DNA from: Eledone cirrhosa
Taxonomy: Eukaryota
Reading direction: 5' to 3'
DNA length: 64,000 nt
Assembly: GCA_964016885.1 (NCBI GenBank)
Contig: OZ024741.1
Coordinates: 186,000,001 to 186,064,000 of the forward strand
Shown here: positions 22,821 through 35,400 of the stretch, piece by piece
Layout of the letters: each line of letters opens with the position of its first letter
Numbering within the stretch: position 1 is the stretch's first letter
Notes under the pieces: generated by a model
What the model saw: only the letters and a program-made list of their open reading frames with translations
Told to the model about the DNA's origin: nothing
Database searches by the model: none
Program-made: the position numbers and the translations under genes

Positions 22821-25800
22821 TGTTGGAGATAATGCTAGTGTTGTTTGTTATTTTTTGTTGTAGGTATTGCCTTGTTGTTTGTTATCTTGTGTTGTAGGTA
22901 TTCCCTTGTTGTTTGTTATTTCGTGTTGGAGGTAATGTTAGTGTTGTTTCTTATTTTATGTTGGAGGTATTGCCTTGTTGTTTGTTATTTCGTGTTTGAG
23001 GTAATGCTAGTGTTGTTTGTTATTTTTTGTTGTAGGTATTGCCTTGTTGTTTGTTATTTTATGTTGGAGGTAATGCTAGTGTTGTTTGTTATTTTATGTT
23101 GGAGGTAATGCTAGTGTTGTTTGTTATTTTATGTTGGAGGTAATGCTAGTATTGTTTGTTATTTTATGTTGGAGGTAATGCTAGTGTTGTTTGTTATTTT
23201 ATGTTGGAGGTAATGCTAGTGTTGTTTGTTATTTTATGTTGCAGGTAATGCTACTGTTGTTTGTTATTTTATGTTGGGTTAATGCTAGTGTTGTTTGTTA
23301 TTTTATGTTGGAGGTAATGCTAGTGTTTTTTGTTATTTTATGTTGGAAGTAATGCTAGTGTTGTTTGTTATTTTATGTTGGAGGTATTGCTAGTGTTGTT
23401 TGTTATTTTATGTTGGAGGTAATGCTATGTTGTTTGTTATTTTATGCTGGAGGTAATGCTAGTGTTGTTTGTTATTTTATGTTGGAGGTAATGCTAGTGT
23501 TGTTTGTTATTTCATGTTGGGGGTAATGCTAGTATTGTTTGTTATTTTATGTTGGAGGTGATGCTAGTGTTGTTTGTTATTTTATGTTGGAGGTAATATC
23601 TATGTTGTTTGTTATTTTATGTTGGAGGTAATGCTAGTGTTGTTTGTTATTTTATGTTGGAGGTAATGCTAGTGTTGTTTGTTATTTTTTGTTGTAGGTA
23701 TTGCCTTGTTGTTTGTTATCTTGTGTTGTAGGTAATGCTAGTGTTGTTTGTTATTTTATGTTGGAGGTAATGCTAGTGTTGTTTGTTATTTTATGTCGGA
23801 GGTAATGCTAGTGTTGTTTGTTATTTTATGTTGGAGGTAATGCTAGTGGTGTTTGTTATTTTATGTTGGAGGTAATGCTAGTGTTGTTTGTTATTTTATG
23901 TTGGAGGTATTCCCTTGTTGTTTGTTATTTCGTGTTGGAGGTAATGTTAGTGTTGTTTGTTATTTTATGTTGGAGGTAATGCTAGTGTTCTTTGTTATTT
24001 TTTGTTGTAGGTATTGCTAGTGTTGTTTGTTATTTTATGTTGGAGGTATTGCCTTGTTGTTTGTTATTTTGTGTTGGAGGTATTCCCTTGTTGTTTGTTA
24101 TTTCGTGTTGGAGGTAATGTTAGTGTTGTTTGTTATTTTTTGTTGTAGGTATTGCCTTGTTGTTTGTTATTTTATGTTGGAGGTAATGCTAGTGTTGTTT
24201 GTTATTTTATGTTGGAGGTAATGCTAGTGTTGTTTGTTATTTTATGTTGGAGGTAATGCTAGTATTGTTTGTTATTTTATGTTGGAGGTAATGCTAGTGT
24301 TGTTTGTTATTTTATGTTGGAGGTAATGCTAGTGTTGTTTGTTATTTTATGTTGCAGGTAATGCTACTGTTGTTTGTTATTTTATGTTGGGTTAATGCTA
24401 GTGTTGTTTGTTATTTTATGTTGGAGGTAATGCTAGTGTTTTTTGTTATTTTATGTTGGAAGTAATGCTAGTGTTGTTTGTTATTTTATGTTGGAGGTAT
24501 TGCTAGTGTTGTTTGTTATTTTATGTTGGAGGTAATGCTATGTTGTTTGTTATTTTATATTGGAGGTAATGCTAGTGTTGTTTGTTATTTTATGTTGGAG
24601 GTAATGCTAGTGTTGTTTGTTATTTCATGTTGGGGGTAATGCTAGTATTGTTTGTTATTTTATGTTGGAGGTGATGCTAGTGTTGTTTGTTATTTTATGT
24701 TGGAGGTAATATCTATGTTGTTTGTTATTTTATGTTGGAGGTAATGCTAGTGTTGTTTGTTATTTTATGTTGGAGGTAATGCTAGTGTTGTTTGTTATTT
24801 TTTGTTGTAGGTATTGCCTTGTTGTTTGTTATCTTGTGTTGTAGGTAATGCTAGTGTTGTTTGTTATTTTATGTTGGAGGTAATGCTAGTGTTGTTTGTT
24901 ATTTTATGTTGGAGGTAATGCTACTGTTGTTTATTTTGTATGTTGGAGGTAATGCTAGTGTTGTTTGTTATTTTATGTTGGAGGCAATGCTAGTGTTGTT
25001 TGTTATTTTATGTTGGAGGTAGTGCCTTGTTGTTTGTTATTTTGTGTTGGAGGTAATGTTAGTGTTGTTTGTTATTTTGTGTTGAAGGTAATGCTAATGT
25101 TGTTTGTTATTTTATGTTGGAGGTAATGCTAGTGTTGTTTGTTATTTTATGTTGGAGGTAATGCTAGTGTTGTTTGTTATTTTATGTTGGAGGTAATGCT
25201 AGTGTTGTTTGTTATATTATGTTGGAGGTAATGCTAGTGTTGTTTGTTATTTTATGTCGGAGGTAATGCTAGTGTTGTTTGTTATTTTATGTTGGAGGTA
25301 ATGCTAGTGTTGATTGTTATTTTATGTTGGAGGTAATGCTAGTGTTGTTTGTTATTTTATGTTGGAGATAATGCTAGTGTTGTTTGTTATTTTTTGTTGT
25401 AGGTATTGCCTTGTTGTTTGTTATCTTGTGTTGTAGGTATTCCCTTGTTGTTTGTTATTTCGTGTTGGAGGTAATGTTAGTGTTGTTTCTTATTTTATGT
25501 TGGAGGTATTGCCTTGTTGTTTGTTATTTCGTGTTTGAGGTAATGCTAGTGTTGTTTGTTATTTTTTGTTGTAGGTATTGCCTTGTTGTTTGTTATTTTA
25601 TGTTGGAGGTAATGCTAGTGTTGTTTGTTATTTTATGTTGGAGGTAATGCTAGTGTTGTTTGTTATTTTATGTTGGAGGTAATGCTAGTATTGTTTGTTA
25701 TTTTATGTTGGAGGTAATGCTAGTGTTGTTTGTTATTTTATGTTGGAGGTAATGCTAGTGTTGTTTGTTATTTTATGTTGCAGGTAATGCTACTGTTGTT

Positions 25801-26335
25801 TGTTATTTTATGTTGGGTTAATGCTAGTGTTGTTTGTTATTTTATGTTGGAGGTAATGCTAGTGTTTTTTGTTATTTTATGTTGGAAGTAATGCTAGTGT
25901 TGTTTGTTATTTTATGTTGGAGGTATTGCTAGTGTTGTTTGTTATTTTATGTTGGAGGTAATGCTATGTTGTTTGTTATTTTATGCTGGAGGTAATGCTA
26001 GTGTTGTTTGTTATTTTATGTTGGAGGTAATGCTAGTGTTGTTTGTTATTTCATGTTGGGGGTAATGCTAGTATTGTTTGTTATTTTATGTTGGAGGTGA
26101 TGCTAGTGTTGTTTGTTATTTTATGTTGGAGGTAATATCTATGTTGTTTGTTATTTTATGTTGGAGGTAATGCTAGTGTTGTTTGTTATTTTATGTTGGA
26201 GGTAATGCTAGTGTTGTTTGTTATTTTTTGTTGTAGGTATTGCCTTGTTGTTTGTTATCTTGTGTTGTAGGTAATGCTAGTGTTGTTTGTTATTTTATGT
26301 TGGAGGTAATGCTAGTGTTGTTTGTTATTTTATGT
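21240..26335 (+). repeat. Tandem duplication of a 2539-bp unit (about 21240-23780 and about 23780-26335), itself built from 1426+1113-bp related halves
   Basis: ORF twins 21488/24027 and 22845/25384. Markers ggagat at about 22825/25364 and atgtcgg at about 21255/23794. The aatatctatg marker occurs at about 22170, 23595, 24709 and 26134. Confidence 0.92.
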
Positions 26336-28734
26336 TGGAGGTAATGCTACTGTTGTTTATTTTGTATGTTGGAGGTAATGCTAGTGTTGTTTGTTATTTT
26401 ATGTTGGAGGCAATGCTAGTGTTGTTTGTTATTTTATGTTGGAGGTAGTGCCTTGCTGTTTGTTATTTTGTGTTGGAGGTAATGCTAGTGTTGTTTGTTA
26501 TTTTATGTTGGAGGTAGTGCCTTGTTGTTTGTTATTTTGTGTTGGAGGTAATGTTAGTGTTGTTTGTTATTTTGTGTTGAAGGTAATGCTAATGTTGTTT
26601 GTTATTTTATGTTGGAGGTAATGCTAGTGTTGTTTGTTATTTTATGTTGGAGGTAATGCTAGTGTTGTTTGTTATTTTATGTTGGAGGTAATGCTAGTGT
26701 TGTTTGTTATATTATGTTGGAGGTAATGCTAGTGTTGTTTGTTATTTTATGTCGGAGGTAATGCTAGTGTTGTTTGTTATTTTATGTTGGAGGTAATGCT
26801 AGTGTTGATTGTTATTTTATGTTGGAGGTAATGCTAGTGTTGTTTGTTATTTTATGTTGGAGGTAATGCTAGTGTTGTTTGTTATTTTTTGTTGTAGGTA
26901 TTGCCTTGTTGTTTGTTATCTTGTGTTGTAGGTAATGCTAGTGTTGTTTGTTATTTTATGTTGGAGGTAATGCTAGTGTTGTTTGTTATTTTATGTTGGA
27001 GGTAATGCTAGTGTTGTTTGTTATTTTATGTTGGAGGTAATGCTAGTGTTGTTTGTTATTTTATGTTGGAGGTAATGCTAGTGTTGTTTGTTATTTTTTG
27101 TTGTAGGTATTGCCTTGTTGTTTGTTATCTTGTGTTGTAGGTAATGCTAGTGTCGTTTGTTATTTTATGTTGGAGGTAATGCTAGTGTTGTTTGTTATTT
27201 TATGTTGGAGGTAATGCTAGTGTTGTTTGTTATTTTATGTTGGAGGTATTGCCTTGTTGTTTGTTATTTTGTGTTGGAGGTAATATTAGTGTTGTTTGTT
27301 ATTTTATGTTGGAGGTATTGCCTTGTTGTTTGTTATTTTGTGTTGGAGGTAATGTTAGTGTTGTTTATTATTTTATGTTGGAGGTAATGCTAGTGTTGTT
27401 TGTTATTTTATGTTGGAGGTAATGCTAGTGTTGTTTGTTATTTTATGTTGGAGGTAATGCTAGTGTTGATTGTTATTTTATGTTGGAGGTAATGCTAGTG
27501 TTGTTTGTTATTTTATGTTGGAGGTAATGCTAGTGTTGTTTGTTATTTTTTGTTGTAGGTATTGCCTTGTTGTTTGTTATCTTGTGTTGTAGGTAATGCT
27601 AGTGTTGTTTGTTATTTTATGTTGGAGGTAATGCTAGTGTTGTTTGTTATTTTATGTTGGAGGTAATGCTAGTGTTGTTTGTTATTTTTTGTTGTAGGTA
27701 TTGCCTTGTTGTTTGTTATCTTGTGTTGTAGGTAATGCTAGTGTTGTTTGTTATTTTATGTTGGAGGTAATGTTAGTGTTGTTTGTTATTTTGTGTTGGA
27801 GGTAATGCTAGTGTTGTTTGTTATTTTATGTTGGAGGTATTGCCTTGTTGTTTGTTATTTTGTGTTGGAGGTAATGTTAGTGTTGTTTGTTATTTTATGT
27901 TGGAGGTATTGCCTTGTTGTTTGTTATTTTGTGTTGGAGGTAATGTTAGTGTTGTTTGTTATTTTATGTTGGAGGTAATGCTAGTGTTGTTTGTTATTTT
28001 ATGTTGGAGGTAATGCTAGTGTTGTTTGTTATTTTATGTTGGAGGTAATGCTAGTGTTGTTTGTTATTTTATGTTGGAGGTAATGCTAGTGTTGTTTGTT
28101 ATTTTGTGTTTGAGGTAATGTTAGTGTTGTTTGTTATTTTAAGTTGGATGTAATGCTAGTGTTGTTTGTTTTTTGTTTGTTGGAGGTAATGCTAGTGTTG
28201 TTTGTTATTTTGTGTTGTAGGTATTGCATTGTTGTTTGTTATTTTGTGTTGGAGGCAATGCTAGTGTTGTTTGTTATTTTATGTTGGAGGTAATGCTAGT
28301 GTTGTTTGTTATTTTATGTTGGAGGTATTACCTTGTTGTCTGTTATTTTGTGTTGGAGGTAATGTTAGTGTTGTTTGTTATTTTATGTTGGAGGTAATGC
28401 TAGTGTTGTTTGTTATTTTATGTTGGAGGTAATGCTAGTGTTGTTTGTTATTTTATGTTGGAGGTAATGCTACTGTTGTTTATTGTTATGTTGGCGGTAA
28501 TGCTAGTGTTGTTTGTTATTTTATGTTGGAGGTAATGCTATGTTGTTTGTTATTTCATGTTGGAGGTAATGCTAGTGTTGTTTGTTATTTTATGTTGGAG
28601 GTAATGCTAGTGTTGTTTGTTATTTTATGTTGGAGGTAATGCTATGTTGTTTGTTATTTTATGTTGGAGGTATTCCCTTGTTGCTTGTTATTTCGTGTTG
28701 GAGGTAATGTTAGTGTTGTTTGTTATTTTATGTT

Positions 28735-28812
28735 GGAGGTGTTGTTTGTTGTTGCCAGTGTTGTTGCCAGTGTTGTTTGTTGTTTTTTGTTGTAGGTATT
28801 CCCTTGTAGTTT
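28735..28812 (+). repeat. Aberrant 57-bp monomer containing (GTTGTTGCCAGT)x2; first of 11 copies (about 28740, 30745, 32850, 35796, 37901, 39836, 47715, 49820, 52552, 54657, 58778)
   Basis: Seen directly: ggaggt gttgtttgttgttgccagtgttgttgccagt gttgtttgttgttttttgttgtagg. It is tracked by the 11 ORFs containing CCLLLPVLLPVLF. Confidence 0.95.
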
Positions 28813-29449
28813 GTTATTTTATGTTGGAGGTAATGCTAGTGTTGTTTGTTATTTTATGTTGGAGGTAATGCTAGTGTTGTTTGTTATTTTATGTTGGAGG
28901 TAATGCTAGTGTTGTTTGTTATTTTATGTTGGAGGTATTGCCTTGTTGTTTGTTATTTTGTGTTGGAGGTAATGCTAGTGTTGTTTGTTATTTTGTGTTG
29001 GAGGTATTGCCTTGTTGTTTGTTATTTTGTGTTGGAGGTAATGTTAGTGTTGTTTGTTATTTTATGTTGGAGGTATTGCCTTGTTGTTTGTTATTTTGTG
29101 TTGGAGGTAATGTTAGTGTTGTTTGTTATTTTGTGGTGGAGGTAATGCCTTGTTGTTTGTTATTTTGTGTTGGAAGTAATGTTAGTGTTGTTTGTTATTT
29201 TGTCGTGGAGGTAATGTTAGTGTTGTTTGTTATTTTGTGTTGGAGGTAATGCTAGTGTTGTTTGTTATTTTATGTTGGAGGTAATGCTAGTGTTGTTTTT
29301 TTATTTTGTGTTGGAGGTAATGATAGTGTTGTTTGTTATTTTATGTTGGAGGTAATGTTAGTGTTGTTTGTTATTTTGTGTTGGAGGTAATGATAGTGTT
29401 GTTTGTTATTTTATGTTGGAGGTAATGCTAGTGTTGTTTGTTATTTTGT

Positions 29450-32400
29450 GTTGGAGGTAATGTTAGTGTTGTTTGTTATTTTATATTTGAGGTAATGCTA
29501 GAGTTGTTTGTTATTTTATGTTGGAGGTAATGCTAGTGTTGTTTTTTATTTTGTTTTGGAGGTAATGCCTTGTTGTTTGTTATTTTTTGTTTGCGGTAAT
29601 GTTAGTGTTGTTTGTTATTTTGTGTTGTAGGTAATGCTATTGTTGTTTGTTATTTTGTGTTGGAGGTAATGCTAGTGTTGTTTGTTGTTTTGTGTTGTAG
29701 GTAATGCTAGTGTTGTTTGTTATTTTGCGTTGGAGGTAATGTTAGTGTTGTTTGTTATTTTATGTTGGAGGTATTGCCTTGTTGTTTGTTATTTTGTGTT
29801 GGAGGTAATGTTAGTGTTGTTTGTTATTTTATGTTGGAGGTATTGCCTTGTTGTTTGTTATTTTGTGTTGGAGGTAATGTTAGTGTTGTTTGTTATTTTA
29901 TGTTGGAGGTAATGCTAGTGTTGTTTGTTATTTTATGTTGGAGGTAATGCTAGTGTTGTTTGTTATTTTATGTTGGAGGTAATGCTAGTGTTGTTTGTTA
30001 TTTTATGTTAGAGGTAATGCTAGTGTTGTTTGTTATTTTGTGTTTGAGGTAATGTTAGTGTTGTTTGTTATTTTAAGTTGGAGGTAATGCTAGTGTTGTT
30101 TGTTTTTTTGTTTGTTGGAGGTAATGCTAGTGTTGTTTGTTATTTCGTGTTGTAGGTATTGCATTGTTGTTTGTTATTTTGTGTTGGAGGCAATGCTAGT
30201 GTTGTTTGTTATTTTATGTTGGAGGTATTGCCTTGTTGTCTGTTATTTTATGTTGGCGGTAATGCTAGTGTTGTTTGTTATTTTGTGTTGGAGGTAATGC
30301 TAGTGTTGTTTGTTATTTTATGTTGGAGGTATTACCTTGTTGTCTGTTATTTTGTGTTGGAGGTAATGTTAGTGTTGTTTGTTATTTTATGTTGGAGGTA
30401 ATGCTAGTGTTGTTTGTTATTTTATGTTGGAGGTAATGCTAGTGTTGTTTGTTATTTTATGTTGGAGGTAATGCTACTGTTGTTTATTTGTTATGTTGGC
30501 GGTAATGCTAGTGTTGTTTGTTATTTTATGTTGGAGGTAATGCTATGTTGTTTGTTATTTCATGTTGGAGGTAATGCTAGTGTTGTTTGTTATTTTATGT
30601 TGGAGGTAATGCTAGTGTTGTTTGTTATTTTATGTTGGAGGTAATGCTATGTTGTTTGTTATTTTATGTTGGAGGTATTCCCTTGTTGCTTGTTATTTCG
30701 TGTTGGAGGTAATGTTAGTGTTGGTTGTTATTTTATGTTGGAGGTGTTGTTTGTTGTTGCCAGTGTTGTTGCCAGTGTTGTTTGTTGTTTTTTGTTGTAG
30801 GTATTCCCTTGTAGTTTGTTATTTTATGTTGGAGGTAATGCTAGTGTTGTTTGTTATTTTATGTTGGAGGTAATGCTAGTGTTGTTTGTTATTTTATGTT
30901 GGAGGTAATGCTAGTGTTGTTTGTTATTTTATGTTGGAGGTATTGCCTTGTTGTTTGTTATTTTGTGTTGGAGGTAATGCTAGTGTTGTTTGTTATTTTG
31001 TGTTGGAGGTATTGCCTTGTTGTTTGTTATCTTGTGTTGTAGGTAATGCTAGTGTTGTTTGTTATTTTATGTTGGAGGTAATGCTAGTGTTGTTTGTTAT
31101 TTTATGTTGGAGGTAATGCTAGTGTTGTTTGTTATTTTATGTTGGAGGTATTGCCTTGTTGTTTGTTATTTTGTGTTGGAGGTAATATTAGTGTTGTTTG
31201 TTATTTTATGTTGGAGGTATTGCCTTGTTGTTTGTTATTTTGTGTTGGAGGTAATGTTAGTGTTGTTTGTTATTTTATGTTGGAGGTAATGCTAGTGTTG
31301 TTTGTTATTTTATGTTGGAGGTAATGCTAGTGTTGTTTGTTATTTTATGTTGGAGGTAATGCTAGTGTTGATTGTTATTTTATGTTGGAGGTAATGCTAG
31401 TGTTGTTTGTTATTTTATGTTGGAGGTAATGCTAGTGTTGTTTGTTATTTTTTGTTGTAGGTATTGCCTTGTTGTTTGTTATCTTGTGTTGTAGGTAATG
31501 CTAGTGTTGTTTGTTATTTTATGTTGGAGGTAATGCTAGTGTTGTTTGTTATTTTATGTTGGAGGTAATGCTAGTGTTGTTTGTTATTTTATGTTGGAGT
31601 TAATGCTAGTGTTGTTTGTTATTTTTTGTTGTAGGTATTGCCTTGTTGTTTGTTATCTTGTGTTGTAGGTAATGCTAGTGTTGTTTGTTATTTTATGTTG
31701 GAGGTAATGCTAGTGTTGTTTGTTATTTTATGTTGGAGGTAATGCTAGTGTTGTTTGTTATTTTATGTTGGAGGTATTGCCTTGTTGTTTGTTATTTTGT
31801 GTTGGAGGTAATGTTAGTGTTGTTTGTTATTTTATGTTGGAGGTATTGCCTTGTTGTTTGTTATTTTGTGTTGGAGGTAATGTTAGTGTTGTTTGTTATT
31901 TTATGTTGGAGGTAATGCTAGTGTTGTTTGTTATTTTATGTTGGAGGTAATGCTAGTGTTGTTTGTTATTTTATGTTGGAGGTAATGCTAGTGTTGTTTG
32001 TTATTTTATGTTGGAGGTAATGCTAGTGTTGTTTGTTATTTTGTGTTTGAGGTAATGTTAGTGTTGTTTGTTATTTTAAGTTGGAGGTAATGCTAGTGTT
32101 GTTTGTTTTTTGTTTGTTGGAGGTAATGCTAGTGTTGTTTGTTATTTCGTGTTGTAGGTATTGCATTGTTGTTTGTTATTTTGTGTTGGAGGCAATGCTA
32201 GTGTTGTTTGTTATTTTATGTTGGAGGTATTGCCTTGTTGTCTGTTATTTTATGTTGGAGGTAATGCTAGTGTTGTTTGTTATTTTGTGTTGGAGGTAAT
32301 TCTAGTGTTGTTTGTTATTTTTTGTTGTAGGTATTGCCTTGTTGTTTGTTATCTTGTGTTGTAGGTAATGCTAGTGTTGTTTGTTATTTTATGTTGGAGG

Positions 32401-35400
32401 TAATGCTAGTGTTGTTTGTTATTTTATGTTGGAGGTATTACCTTGTTGTCTGTTATTTTGTGTTGGAGGTAATGTTAGTGTTGTTTGTTATTTTATGTTG
32501 GAGGTAATGCTAGTGTTGTTTGTTATTTTATGTTGGAGGTAATGCTAGTGTTGTTTGTTATTTTATGTTGGAGGTAATGCTACTGTTGTTTATTGTTATG
32601 TTGGCGGTAATGCTAGTGTTGTTTGTTATTTTATGTTGGAGGTAATGCTATGTTGTTTGTTATTTCATGTTGGAGGTAATGCTAGTGTTGTTTGTTATTT
32701 TATGTTGGAGGTAATGCTAGTGTTGTTTGTTATTTTATGTTGGAGGTAATGCTATGTTGTTTGTTATTTTATGTTGGAGGTATTCCCTTGTTGCTTGTTA
32801 TTTCGTGTTGGAGGTAATGTTAGTGTTGTTTGTTATTTTATGTTGGAGGTGTTGTTTGTTGTTGCCAGTGTTGTTGCCAGTGTTGTTTGTTGTTTTTTGT
32901 TGTAGGTATTCCCTTGTAGTTTGTTATTTTATGTTGGAGGTAATGCTAGTGTTGTTTGTTATTTTATGTTGGAGGTAATGCTAGTGTTGTTTGTTATTTT
33001 ATGTTGGAGGTAATGCTAGTGTTGTTTGTTATTTTGTGTTGGAGGTATTGCCTTGTTGTTTGTTAATTTGTGTTGGAGGTAATGCTAGTGTTGTTTGTTA
33101 TTTTGTGTTGGAGGTATTGCCTTGTTGTTTGTTATTTTGTGTTGGAGGTAATGTTAGTGTTGTTTGTTATTTTATGTTGGAGGTATTGCCTTGTTGTTTG
33201 TTATTTTGTGTTGGAGGTAATGTTAGTGTTGTTTGTTATTTTGTGGTGGAGGTAATGCCTTGTTGTTTGTTATTTTGTGTTGGAAGTAATGTTAGTGTTG
33301 TTTGTTATTTTGTCGTGGAGGTAATGTTAGTGTTGTTTGTTATTTTGTGTTGGAGGTAATGCTAGTGTTGTTTGTTATTTTATGTTGGAGGTAATGCTAG
33401 TGTTCTTTTTTATTTTGTGTTGGAGGTAATGATAGTGTTGTTTGTTATTTTATGTTGGAGGTAATGTTAGTGTTGTTTGTTATTTTGTGTTGGAGGTAAT
33501 GATAGTGTTGTTTGTTATTTTATGTTGGAGGTAATGCTAGTGTTGTTTGTTATTTTGTGTTGGAGGTAATGTTAGTGTTGTTTGTTATTTTATATTGGAG
33601 GTAATGCTAGAGTTGTTTGTTATTTTATGTTGGAGGTAATGCTAGTGTTGTTTTTTATTTTGTTTTGGAGGTAATGCCTTGTTGTTTGTTTGTTATTTTA
33701 TGTTGGAGGTATTGCCTTGTTGTTTGTTATTTTGTGTTGGAGGTAATGTTAGTGTTGTTTGTTATTTTATGTTGGAGGTATTGCCTTGTTGTTTGTTATT
33801 TTGTGTTGGAGGTAATGTTAGTGTTGTTTGTTATTTTATGTTGGAGGTAATGCTAGTGTTGTTTGTTATTTTATGTTGGAGGTAATGCTAGTGTTGTTTG
33901 TTATTTTATGTTGGAGGTAATGCTAGTGTTGTTTGTTATTTTATGTTGGAGGTAATGCTAGTGTTGTTTGTTATTTTGTGTTTGAGGTAATGTTAGTGTT
34001 GTTTGTTATTTTAAGTTGGAGGTAATGCTAGTGTTGTTTGTTTTTTGTTTGTTGGAGGTAATGCTAGTGTTGTTTGTTATTTCGTGTTGTAGGTATTGCA
34101 TTGTTGTTTGTTATTTTGTGTTGGAGGCAATGCTAGTGTTGTTTGTTATTTTATGTTGGAGGTATTGCCTTGTTGTCTGTTATTTTATGTTGGAGGTAAT
34201 GCTAGTGTTGTTTGTTATTTTGTGTTGGAGGTAATTCTAGTGTTGTTTGTTATTTTTTGTTGTAGGTATTGCCTTGTTGTTTGTTATCTTGTGTTGTAGG
34301 TAATGCTAGTGTTGTTTGTTATTTTATGTTGGAGGTAATGCTAGTGTTGTTTGTTATTTTATGTTGGAGGTATTACCTTGTTGTCTGTTATTTTGTGTTG
34401 GAGGTAATGTTAGTGTTGTTTGTTATTTTATATTTGAGGTAATGCTAGAGTTGTTTGTTATTTTATGTTGGAGGTAATGCTAGTGTTGTTTTTTATTTTG
34501 TTTTGGAGGTAATGCCTTGTTGTTTGTTATTTTTTGTTTGCGGTAATGTTAGTGTTGTTTGTTATTTTGTGTTGTAGGTAATGCTATTGTTGTTTGTTAT
34601 TTTGTGTTGGAGGTAATGCTAGTGTTGTTTGTTGTTTTGTGTTGTAGGTAATGCTAGTGTTGTTTGTTATTTTGCGTTGGAGGTAATGTTAGTGTTGTTT
34701 GTTATTTTATGTTGGAGGTATTGCCTTGTTGTTTGTTATTTTGTGTTGGAGGTAATGTTAGTGTTGTTTGTTATTTTATGTTGGAGGTATTGCCTTGTTG
34801 TTTGTTATTTTGTGTTGGAGGTAATGTTAGTGTTGTTTGTTATTTTATGTTGGAGGTAATGCTAGTGTTGTTTGTTATTTTATGTTGGAGGTAATGCTAG
34901 TGTTGTTTGTTATTTTATGTTGGAGGTAATGCTAGTGTTGTTTGTTATTTTATGTTAGAGGTAATGCTAGTGTTGTTTGTTATTTTGTGTTTGAGGTAAT
35001 GTTAGTGTTGTTTGTTATTTTAAGTTGGAGGTAATGCTAGTGTTGTTTGTTTTTTTGTTTGTTGGAGGTAATGCTAGTGTTGTTTGTTATTTCGTGTTGT
35101 AGGTATTGCATTGTTGTTTGTTATTTTGTGTTGGAGGCAATGCTAGTGTTGTTTGTTATTTTATGTTGGAGGTATTGCCTTGTTGTCTGTTATTTTATGT
35201 TGGCGGTAATGCTAGTGTTGTTTGTTATTTTGTGTTGGAGGTAATGCTAGTGTTGTTTGTTATTTTTTGTTGTAGGTATTGCCTTGTTGTTTGTTATCTT
35301 GTGTTGTAGGTAATGCTAGTGTTGTTTGTTATTTTATGTTGGAGGTAATGCTAGTGTTGTTTGTTATTTTATGTTGGAGGTATTACCTTGTTGTCTGTTA

